Shown: piece after piece, positions 50,196 through 58,513 of the stretch
Layout of the letters: each line of letters opens with the position of its first letter
Numbering within the stretch: position 1 is the stretch's first letter
From: Opitutales bacterium
Lineage (GTDB): Bacteria; Verrucomicrobiota; Verrucomicrobiia; Opitutales; PNEW01
Assembly (NCBI GenBank): GCA_965197745.1
Contig: CBDANS010000006.1
Span: 384,001-448,000, forward strand
Direction of reading: 5' to 3'
Length of the DNA stretch: 64,000 nucleotides
The notes under the pieces: generated by a model
The model's input: only the letters and a program-made list of their open reading frames with translations
Told to the model about the DNA's origin: nothing
Database searches by the model: none
Made by a program: the position numbers and the translations under genes

Positions 50196-51542
50196 TCATG
50201 TTTCAAACGGGTCAAGAAGCGGCTCTCGCCAATGGTTCAGCAATTCAACCCTGTCCCAATCGAGAATATAGGGAGTCATTTGATCGCCAATATCTCGCAT
50301 TAATGCGCTCCGTTTGAAGGCACGGGTATCCTTGGGTGGTTCGATTTTCGACTCTGAGATTGCTTCAGGTTCCCACATCCCATCACTGTTGGCCATGGCC
50401 AGTCCCAGGCTGTAAGCAGGATCTACGTTGTGATATTCTATATCCTGAGATTTGAGCCACGGATCATCCCAATCAAGATTTTCACTCGTCATGAAACTTT
50501 CAAGAAGATGCTGCTTGGTCACCCAATCGAGAATGCCAACAAGTTCAATTTTATCACCGGCCAGAGATTGAAGCACGCTTCTCCAGAGATTAAGAATGGA
50601 ATCGGTCTCACCGTTCCGATGCCGATACAGCGCGTCTGCATTTTCCCAGTACTTATAGAGCAGCTCAATGGCGTCCTCTACCTGACCGTCACTGGTGGTC
50701 ACCTCCCAGGGGGGTTCGATTTTACCATTTAAGGCATGCAAAGTACTCACCGCGTCGGCTAACTCGATCTCCGGTAAGCAATCGTCTTCGAGAAGATCGA
50801 GAACAAGTGAAGACGATCCGACTTTGAGGAAAAGAGCCGCAGGTAAAACGCTGCTGTCGCTGTGCAAAAGATGGAGCCGTCGATATTTCCTGGGGTCCGC
50901 GAGTGGTTCATCGCGCGTGTTAATGATAGCGCGGTTGTGCTGTACCCATTGAAAGAAATCGTTATGGATGTAATCCGCGCGCTGGCTCAACTGGAAGGGA
51001 GTTAAGTCCTCAATGACAATCGAGTGATGGAATAATCTCCCTTCTTTTGCCGATCCAACCCTTCCCGAACCTGTAAATATTACCCGAAGGGTCTGAAAGG
51101 CCAGGAGTGATAACACGTTTTTTTCCGTCAGGGGCGCATGCCGATCCATGCTGTAATTCTCGTGACAACCAAAGGTAGCACCTGTGAAGTGATCGATATT
51201 ATTGCGAAAAAATTTAACCTGTCCGTGAAAACCGAGTTCATCGACCGCTTCGACAAGAAGAAGATCGCCGGCCCGATCATAACGCACCGTATCAACGGCG
51301 CTGCCACATTCCGGAGTGCAATACTCGATGTGACCCATGTCGACGTAAATACGCCCACCGTTAAAGAGAAAACCTCCGTTCCCCACGGGCTCATCCCAAT
51401 CCCGATCATGAGTATCGATGAGACCGAACTTGTTGTTTTTAAAAAACCAATCACGAATTTCCGGGAGCACGAACTCAGGGACAAGTGGCTGTTCAATCAG
51501 ACAGCCGTATTCTGTCTCCAATCCAATGATACGGCGGGCCAT
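50196..51542 (-). CDS. pafA: Pup/UBact--protein ligase (PafA-like)
   Basis: GLETEYG, FLFNGGRIYVDMGHIEYCTPE, GCHENY, QRAD, NTRDEPLAD, DIEYH; last gene of the operon; ATG 51542. Confidence 0.88.
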   Translation of the reverse strand: MARRIIGLETEYGCLIEQPLVPEFVLPEIRDWFFKNNKFGLIDTHDRDWDEPVGNGGFLFNGGRIYVDMGHIEYCTPECGSAVDTVRYDRAGDLLLVEAVDELGFHGQVKFFRNNIDHFTGATFGCHENYSMDRHAPLTEKNVLSLLAFQTLRVIFTGSGRVGSAKEGRLFHHSIVIEDLTPFQLSQRADYIHNDFFQWVQHNRAIINTRDEPLADPRKYRRLHLLHSDSSVLPAALFLKVGSSSLVLDLLEDDCLPEIELADAVSTLHALNGKIEPPWEVTTSDGQVEDAIELLYKYWENADALYRHRNGETDSILNLWRSVLQSLAGDKIELVGILDWVTKQHLLESFMTSENLDWDDPWLKSQDIEYHNVDPAYSLGLAMANSDGMWEPEAISESKIEPPKDTRAFKRSALMRDIGDQMTPYILDWDRVELLNHWREPLLDPFET

Positions 51543-51550
51543 GCGATGCG

Positions 51551-52276
51551 CTAAAGTTTCGCGACGTCCAAAGGCTGATAACACCCATTCCCCTTGGACT
51601 CGCGCTTAAGCAGGACAGCCTCAATCGTTTTTCCAGGCACTTGCAGAATCTTTTTTTTAGGGGCGATCAATCCGACATTTAAATTATCTTCTATAAGGGC
51701 GTTCCAGGCCGTAAGACAGAGCGAGATAACCCGTCCCAGATTATCCTCTTTATTGATTGTTTCGCGCAGCCATTCTGCGACTATGGCCTCTGTCCCCCAG
51801 ATGGGACCTGCCACCACGATACCGGTTGTTGAATACTCGTGGTTGCCGTCAAAACATAAACGGACAATGGCATCATTTTTCGGTGTTTTCCCTACTTCTG
51901 CCATTATCGATTCTACCATCAATGGCGGGGAAAATATTTGTTCGAAACTGTTCTTTAATGCCGGGCTGAGGGAAAAACTCACGAGACGTCGTAGCGACAC
52001 ATCCTCGGAGGATCGATTAAACCCCTCGGTATGGGCAGCTTCTATAGCCGTTTGTCTAAGTCTTTCAATATCGACGGGGTTACCGAGAGCGGCTAAAGCA
52101 TGCCGGTCATATATTTCATATACTTTTGACTGCCCGCTGCTCACCCCCAGTAAGAACACACCCTCAGGACGTGAAAGAGCAAAAACGGGAGTGCCTCCCT
52201 TAATCTGATCGAGAATGTACTCACGGCGATTCCTGATGGCGTCCAACCAGCGATAGGGTTCTTCATGCATGATCAC
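51551..52276 (-). CDS. prcA: 20S proteasome alpha subunit
   Basis: EEPYRW N-terminus, KVYEIYDR, DIERLR...AHTEGFNRSSEDVS; follows prcB. Confidence 0.88.
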   Translation of the reverse strand: MIMHEEPYRWLDAIRNRREYILDQIKGGTPVFALSRPEGVFLLGVSSGQSKVYEIYDRHALAALGNPVDIERLRQTAIEAAHTEGFNRSSEDVSLRRLVSFSLSPALKNSFEQIFSPPLMVESIMAEVGKTPKNDAIVRLCFDGNHEYSTTGIVVAGPIWGTEAIVAEWLRETINKEDNLGRVISLCLTAWNALIEDNLNVGLIAPKKKILQVPGKTIEAVLLKRESKGNGCYQPLDVAKL

Positions 52277-53043
52277 CCTGCCTTCCAGTATTTCAATTGT
52301 TCGTTGGCGTCGAGCGTGCGAACCCCGTCTTTAGAAAGTAATTTAATCGTTCCGAAAAGTTTACTTTCCGGTTTTACTCCACCCGTAGCAGTATCAAACT
52401 CCGCCGCGGTCATGAGCAGTCGATTGGCGAGGTTCGTGGATGCCTGCAAGTCCATCTCCGCGGGCTTGGGGTGACCCCATTTTTCCAGATAACTAAGAAC
52501 ACTTTTTATATGACTGGATCCGGAACCGGATGCGGCAAAACTGGTGGCCTCGAAATTAGCGCCTAGCGGATCATAAAAATAGATATTGGGGTCAGTCTTT
52601 TTTCCAACCTCATCCTGGCCCGCGAAGATAGGGGCGACCACGCCGATACCTTGAAGCGTAACGGGAAGGTTGTCGCGCAGGAGTCGGGAAAGAGCACGTA
52701 CTTTCGCTGACAGGCTCATCGACTGCAGCTGGCTGCGCCGATAAAATTCAAAAGCAGTGCGTAAAGTGCGAGCCATTTCTGTAGCGATCGCCGGTGATCC
52801 GGCAATGGCCATGATCGACCTTTCATCGAGTTCGAGTATTTTTTCTGCGCTATCGGAAAATATAATATTACCGCTTGTCGCGCGATGGTCTCCCGCAAAC
52901 ATTACCCCCTCTTCACTGTGAAAGGCAAAAACGGTGGTCGCTTCGAGTGTCGAAATCTGTTCACCCAACTGTTCTAAGCGAGGAAAGGGATTCTTCGGCA
53001 GCAGTGATAGGAAGTCGCCATTCATGGCGCGGGGATCACTCAT
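52273..53043 (-). CDS. prcB: 20S proteasome beta subunit (Thr protease with 35-aa propeptide)
   Basis: Taking Thr36 as mature Thr1 places Asp17, Arg19 and Lys33 at canonical positions; SGSG motif; DTATGG. Confidence 0.92.
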   Translation of the reverse strand: MSDPRAMNGDFLSLLPKNPFPRLEQLGEQISTLEATTVFAFHSEEGVMFAGDHRATSGNIIFSDSAEKILELDERSIMAIAGSPAIATEMARTLRTAFEFYRRSQLQSMSLSAKVRALSRLLRDNLPVTLQGIGVVAPIFAGQDEVGKKTDPNIYFYDPLGANFEATSFAASGSGSSHIKSVLSYLEKWGHPKPAEMDLQASTNLANRLLMTAAEFDTATGGVKPESKLFGTIKLLSKDGVRTLDANEQLKYWKAG

Positions 53044-53054
53044 AATAAAAATGC

Positions 53055-53231
53055 CTATTGACCGGTCCGCTGACGATATCGTTTTGCCTGGTCGGGATCG
53101 ACTTTCTTCATACGTTTAAGCAAGTCATCCGTATTCGGCTTATTAACCTTGGGCTCTCGGGGCCCATCCCCGTCGCCCCCTCCCCCCGGTGACGGGTTCG
53201 TGGGTTTAACTTTTCGGGTGGGATCTGGCAT
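53055..53231 (-). CDS. ubact: Ubiquitin-like protein modifier UBact (58 aa)
   Basis: Manual translation MPDPTRKVKPTNPSPGGGGDGDGPREPKVNKPNTDDLLKRMKKVDPDQAKRYRQRTGQ*; C-terminal R[S/T]G[Q/E]; lies between dop and prcB; shorter than any ORF in the track. Confidence 0.93.
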   Translation of the reverse strand: MPDPTRKVKPTNPSPGGGGDGDGPREPKVNKPNTDDLLKRMKKVDPDQAKRYRQRTGQ

Positions 53232-53249
53232 ATTCTATATTATAGCGTA

Positions 53250-54773
53250 TTAAATATTCCTTGCAAACGGCAGTTGCGCTAAATCTTCAACTTCACTTGC
53301 CTTTTTAATTACCGCAACTCCCTCATTTATTGATTCAATATCAAATAGATCACGGAGGCTGAGTTCAATCTTTTTTACATCACCTTCGATTCGAACATGG
53401 TCCCATTGCGCGCTCGTGATACGAGAGCCGAATTTTTCAATACAGACGCCACGAATCAGGGCCCGCGTATCGGGTGGTGGGGTTAAAGTGTCACTCATTA
53501 TCTGTTTATGTGGATAGGGCAAGGTGAAAGCTCCCTGATCCAGCAGCGCATAATATAGACCTTCCTGGGGATCCATGCGGTGATATTCGAGATCCAGGCT
53601 TCGTAACCATTCAGATTTTTCATCAATATTTTCAGCTTCGCGAAACGATTCGATAAGCTTATGTTTTGCCGACCAATCGAGACGATCAGAAGTCGTCAGT
53701 GGATTGTTTTCAAGATCGTCCAGGACCTTTTCCCATGCCTCAATAATTCCCGACCAGTCTTCATCCATTGCGTCATTTAACTGACGGACCCGTTCAAGAT
53801 AACTTCGCTGGACGTCAATGGCGTTACTCGTCCTCCCATCGGAGAGACGAACCATCCATTTCCAATGGGGATCACGTGATATGGATTTAAGGGCGTGAAG
53901 AGGATCTTCAAGTTGTGGTATCTTTTCAAGTGACATCTTATTAGTTAAACACTTCAGGACGAGGGCCGTGGTTCCGACTTTCAGCCATGTGGCATAGGGC
54001 GAGAGATTGGCATCGCCGATGATCACATGAAAGCGTCGCCATTTACTTTCATCAGCATGCGGTTCGTCTCGCGTATTAATAATAGGGCGTCGCTGCATCG
54101 TATCGATACTTTGCAGCTCAGAAAAAAAATCACTGCGTTGACAGAGTTGAAACCCCGATTGCACATATTTATCTTCCGCTTCCCAGCCGTATTTACCCGC
54201 ACCACAAAAAATTTGTCGCGTCACAAAAAATGCCTGTATGCCCTGAGCCAGTATTTCCCATGGTAATTCTCGAGGGAGTAGATAATTCTCGTGGCACCCA
54301 TAACTGTGACCCTGAAAATCAGTATTGTTTTTATAGAGGATGACAGGGTTTTCGGTCGTCTTATTAATGGCTTGCGCGCAGCTGATAAGAAGCTGGTCTC
54401 CACTGTAATCCTGTTGAAGAAGCTGCCTCAAAGTACGGCATTCAGGAGTGCAGTACTCCGGGTGCGCATGATCATTGTAAAAACGGGCCCCATTTTTCAA
54501 AACCAGGTCACTTTTTATTTCCCCAAAAGAGAGCGGGCGGGCGGCATCCTGCGCAAAGTAGTTCGCTTCATCAAAATCCTGTTTCAGCTTATCGACGCGA
54601 AATCCACGAGCGTCCTGATGGGGATCCTCGTAGTGATAGTCCCACCGCATACGAATCCCGGGAGCCGTCGCGCTTCGCACCAGATCAATTGACTCTGCTA
54701 CAACATCGATCCCCTCAGGATCCTGCCGCGTAATACCATACTCCGTTTCCAGACCAAAAAGAATTTCCGCCAT
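53250..54773 (-). CDS. dop: Deamidase/depupylase (Dop-like)
   Basis: GLETEYG, Dop loop RWDYHYEDPHQDARGF, NGARFYNDHAHPEYCTPE, YKNNTD, SYGCHENY. Confidence 0.9.
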   Translation of the reverse strand: MAEILFGLETEYGITRQDPEGIDVVAESIDLVRSATAPGIRMRWDYHYEDPHQDARGFRVDKLKQDFDEANYFAQDAARPLSFGEIKSDLVLKNGARFYNDHAHPEYCTPECRTLRQLLQQDYSGDQLLISCAQAINKTTENPVILYKNNTDFQGHSYGCHENYLLPRELPWEILAQGIQAFFVTRQIFCGAGKYGWEAEDKYVQSGFQLCQRSDFFSELQSIDTMQRRPIINTRDEPHADESKWRRFHVIIGDANLSPYATWLKVGTTALVLKCLTNKMSLEKIPQLEDPLHALKSISRDPHWKWMVRLSDGRTSNAIDVQRSYLERVRQLNDAMDEDWSGIIEAWEKVLDDLENNPLTTSDRLDWSAKHKLIESFREAENIDEKSEWLRSLDLEYHRMDPQEGLYYALLDQGAFTLPYPHKQIMSDTLTPPPDTRALIRGVCIEKFGSRITSAQWDHVRIEGDVKKIELSLRDLFDIESINEGVAVIKKASEVEDLAQLPFARNI

Positions 54774-54791
54774 GAGCGTCCAAGGCTAAAT

Positions 54792-56498
54792 CTATACAGC
54801 CGAGCTATGGTCCTCCCCTGATTTTCTCTTATAAGGGTTGAGGCGCACAATGTTAGACGGGTCGAAATCTGTCAACTTAAGCCAGTCTTCTGTGATATCA
54901 GAGGGCGGAAATAATTCGTTTTCCTTATATTCCTTTTCGAAAGCCTCCAGGAGATCATCGATGGAAATGGGAGACGGTGATTCACCACCCTCTTTTATTG
55001 AACGCTTAATGGCGTATTCCTTAGCACGCTCGACAATGGCCGCGATGACCGCGCCGCTGGCCAGATCACCACGATAGAGATGCTCCTGCTTGCCGCTTCG
55101 GTAGGTAACTTCAAGAAATCGGTTCGTCTCGGTCTTCTCGTAATGGGCTTTGACAATTTGATCAATGAGTTCTTCTTGCGGTTTTGCTAAAGGCAGTGAT
55201 TCTTCGATATAGATGCCATATATTTCTCGCGCTGCTTCCGCGTCAGGCCGCTTAACCCCGATTTTACGATCTATGCGTCCCGGACGCAGTATCGCCGGAT
55301 CAATTAAATCAGCCCGATTAGAGGCGAGAATAATGACGACATTTTTCAATGCTTCCATGCCATCCATCTCCGCACAGAACATCGGGACAAGGGTGGAAAC
55401 AATATTATTACCCGAGCGATAGGCGCTGCGCGTGCCAAGAATCGATTCCGCTTCATCGATAAAAAGAAAAGCGAGTTGACCCTCGGATGCCTTTTCACGA
55501 CATTGCATAAAGAGATCGCGGACCTGCCGCTCAGATTCACCAAGCCACATATTGAGAATTTCCGGTCCCTTAACATGGAGAAAAATCTCCGGATGGTCTT
55601 CTCCGGTATGCGTTAGGATCTGCTGCCGGAGGTTATGGGCGGTAGCTTTGCCCATCAGGGTCTTACCGCAGCCCGGTGGACCGTAGAGGAGAAATCCTTT
55701 AGGTGCTGGATGATTGTAGCGCTCGAAGAGATGAGCATGTAAAAAAGGTAATTCAATCGTATCGCGGATCGCCTCGATGGCCTCCTTCTGGCCACCAACC
55801 GCATCCCAGGGGACGCGTTCAACCGTAGCGAGACTGCGTTCGATTCTTTTTGCTTGTCCAATAATTTCAACTACGACTCTTTGATTGGGATCGAGTCGCA
55901 CATCCATTCCCGTTTTTAATTTTTCTTTGGAAAGCAGGCTGGATCGCAGGGCGGTGATGTCCGCCAGTCCGTGTTCGGAGCCAACACGGATACGCCCGTC
56001 ATGCATTATTTCCTGGATGCGCACAATGGGACCGCTTTTGTCCAATCCGAAAGAGTCGATTACGGCAAAGGCTTCATTTAGGAGGACCCGCATTCCTGTT
56101 TCAAGAACCGCATCTGGCAATGAAGGATCCACATTGCAAAGATAATCGGTGCCATTAGCACACACCATGGCGCGGTCCGCTCCCACGCGTTGAATAAGGG
56201 TGGCCAGACGCAGTGCAGGTGAACGCAATTTGTTAACCGCTTCACTCAATTGCTCGACCGCACTGCGTGCCTGATCCTGAAGCTCTTCCATTTCCTCAAT
56301 ACGATCACGAAGCAATTTGATTTCATACCCGTCTTCGGCCTGAATGTATAGTTTTTTTGCGATACGATCAAAAAGCTGTAAAGCAGAGAGACGATTGGGG
56401 TTTATATCCTCCTCTTCAGTCTCATCAAATGGCTCTCGTTCGTCTGAGAAAGGATCATCCTCAGGCAAATTTCCATCAGGATCATTATTTTTTTTCAC
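54792..56498 (-). CDS. arc: Proteasome-associated AAA+ ATPase (ARC/Mpa-like)
   Basis: Coiled coil and OB region, GPPGCGKT, KGPEILNMWLGESER, FIDEAE, DPAILRPGRID, FLEVTY. Confidence 0.92.
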   Translation of the reverse strand: MKKNNDPDGNLPEDDPFSDEREPFDETEEEDINPNRLSALQLFDRIAKKLYIQAEDGYEIKLLRDRIEEMEELQDQARSAVEQLSEAVNKLRSPALRLATLIQRVGADRAMVCANGTDYLCNVDPSLPDAVLETGMRVLLNEAFAVIDSFGLDKSGPIVRIQEIMHDGRIRVGSEHGLADITALRSSLLSKEKLKTGMDVRLDPNQRVVVEIIGQAKRIERSLATVERVPWDAVGGQKEAIEAIRDTIELPFLHAHLFERYNHPAPKGFLLYGPPGCGKTLMGKATAHNLRQQILTHTGEDHPEIFLHVKGPEILNMWLGESERQVRDLFMQCREKASEGQLAFLFIDEAESILGTRSAYRSGNNIVSTLVPMFCAEMDGMEALKNVVIILASNRADLIDPAILRPGRIDRKIGVKRPDAEAAREIYGIYIEESLPLAKPQEELIDQIVKAHYEKTETNRFLEVTYRSGKQEHLYRGDLASGAVIAAIVERAKEYAIKRSIKEGGESPSPISIDDLLEAFEKEYKENELFPPSDITEDWLKLTDFDPSNIVRLNPYKRKSGEDHSSAV

Positions 56499-56635
56499 GG
56501 GAAAAAATTATCTATAAATAATATTCAAGTGTTACGATTATGAAATTCAGGATGTTCTACCGCATCTTATGGTATAAATAAACAAAAATCAAAAAATTTA
56601 CGAGTGATGCATAATCTACAGCTCATGTATCGTTT

Positions 56636-57883
56636 TCATTCTTTAACACTCATACTTAATTGAATTCTCGCTCCCTTGTATTCATAAAAATCATTTAATC
56701 CGGTCGCAACACTTTGCTCCAGTAAAGCTATCGATCCGTTATAGTCACCCCTTAATTGACGCAGTTGAGCGGCATAAAAAAATGCTTCACAACGGTATCC
56801 TTCTACTTTCTCCGGGTCGTCGCTCTCACTCGCCTCGGCGATCAGAGTTTCTTCATCGATCTCACCGAGTATAAAATGAATCAACTTCTCATACCAGGTG
56901 TTGATAGCTTCATGACCCTTTTCCCGTCTGTTATAATAGCTTGTCAACTCGGCATCCGCGGCATCAGGTTGACCGAGTTGTGTTTCCACTAACCAGATCC
57001 AGAGTTGCACATAGTCAAGCGCCTCTTGTTCCTGTAATATTTTCTGGCATTCACGCATGTCATTCAGTGCCTTTTTAGATTTTCCCTGGACATACGCAAT
57101 AAAGCCTCGCATTAACAAGGCCCCGTCAGATCGGATCGACGTTTTAATCGCCTTGTCAAATTCCCGCATCGCTTTCGTAATATCGCCCGTCTCAAGATGA
57201 AGATTGCCGCGCAGATAATAGGCTTTTGCATAGCCTGGAAAACGTTCAATCGTTTCCGTGTAATCACTCATTGCTCCTTTCAGATCACCCAGTTTCTCCA
57301 GGGTTTTGCCTCTTCCCGCAAGATATGACGGCTCATCTGAATTCAGTGCCAGGGCAGATGAGTAATCCGCAACGGCGCCCGTATAATCCTTTAGATCATA
57401 TTTTGTCTGCGCCCTTAAATAATAAGGCTCGGTGTTTTCGGGATTCACCCGAATCGCTTCCGAAAAATCAATGAGCGCCGCATCGGTATCCTTTTTTTCA
57501 AGACTGATAAGCCCTCGCTTGACATAAGCGCGTGATAAGGTGGGATCAATTCGGATCGCTGTGGTGAAGTCATCGATGGCATAATCCGTCTCCTTCATTT
57601 TCTGACGCGTGATTCCCCGATTGAGAAAAGCGTCTGCATTTAAAGGATCAAGACGTATTGCTTCATTGTAATCTAAGATCGCGCCCTGGTAGTCATTCAT
57701 TTCCCGCATTTCATTTCCCCGCTGCACGTGACGCACTGAGCGCGATTCATCAGACGCCCCATACAGTGGCCCACCACTCTTAAAAAAGAATCCCAGGATC
57801 CCCGCTGCGCAGATCAGAATAGTAATTTTGGAGCGCCCTTTAAAATTCGGGGGCATCTTTTTAAATATGGGGTTGAATCGCAT
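56636..57883 (-). CDS. Tetratricopeptide repeat protein with NlpI-like C-terminus
   Basis: About seven TPRs (AILDYNEAIRLDP...), N-terminal hydrophobic segment, CEAFFY...FYEY tail. Confidence 0.85.
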   Translation of the reverse strand: MRFNPIFKKMPPNFKGRSKITILICAAGILGFFFKSGGPLYGASDESRSVRHVQRGNEMREMNDYQGAILDYNEAIRLDPLNADAFLNRGITRQKMKETDYAIDDFTTAIRIDPTLSRAYVKRGLISLEKKDTDAALIDFSEAIRVNPENTEPYYLRAQTKYDLKDYTGAVADYSSALALNSDEPSYLAGRGKTLEKLGDLKGAMSDYTETIERFPGYAKAYYLRGNLHLETGDITKAMREFDKAIKTSIRSDGALLMRGFIAYVQGKSKKALNDMRECQKILQEQEALDYVQLWIWLVETQLGQPDAADAELTSYYNRREKGHEAINTWYEKLIHFILGEIDEETLIAEASESDDPEKVEGYRCEAFFYAAQLRQLRGDYNGSIALLEQSVATGLNDFYEYKGARIQLSMSVKE

Positions 57884-58090
57884 AAGTTGATGCCCAGTTC
57901 ATAGGTATTTTCAACATTGATCAATACACTAGACGACAATACCGTAATAATGTTTCGTCTCGCCACCAGGATTGTATAATTTCGTTATAAGTCCGATCTC
58001 TCCTCTTTGGAAATTGTGTTCGGGTCATGACCGTGGAGAATTCTTTGTTATATCATTGAAAGAGTAAGCGCTATATCTTCAAATCTTCCT

Positions 58091-58507
58091 ATGATTAAAA
58101 TTACCGCAGATTATCAGGGTGAATTACATTGTCAGGCTATTCATGGTCCCTCAGGTTGCAAGATTACTACTGATGCCCCGGTCGATAACCAGGGTCGCGG
58201 TGAAAGCTTTTCCCCTACGGATCTATGCGCTGCCGCTCTTGCCACATGTATGGCAACAATTATGGGAATACAGTCGGGAAAAATGGGCATCGATCTTAAA
58301 GGTATGAAAATTGAAGTAACTAAGGAAATGGCCGCCGATAGTCCACGCCGTATTGCCCGTCTCCCCGTCGAATTCTGGATCCCCGGTTCCCTCACCAAAG
58401 AACAGAAAGCTGCTCTTCACCATGCTGCTGAAAACTGCCCCGTTCATCTCAGCCTCCATCCAGATATAGATAAACCCATTCTCTTTCACTGGGTCGACGA
58501 AGACTGA
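58091..58507 (+). CDS. OsmC-family protein
   Basis: TDAPVDNQGRGESFSPTDL, ATC, NCPVHLSL. Confidence 0.9.
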   Translation: MIKITADYQGELHCQAIHGPSGCKITTDAPVDNQGRGESFSPTDLCAAALATCMATIMGIQSGKMGIDLKGMKIEVTKEMAADSPRRIARLPVEFWIPGSLTKEQKAALHHAAENCPVHLSLHPDIDKPILFHWVDED

Positions 58508-58513
58508 TCCAAT

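Noticed and set aside
51594..52208. 204-aa plus-strand ORF
   Set aside because: Antisense shadow of prcA.
53176..53187. C5-T-C6 tract as a contingency locus or G-quadruplex
   Set aside because: Explained by the PGGGG linker codons of UBact.
56636..57883. TPR protein as a proteasome adaptor
   Set aside because: It is on the same strand as arc but separated by 137 nt of AT-rich DNA, and its N-terminal hydrophobic segment suggests export or membrane anchoring; no positive evidence.
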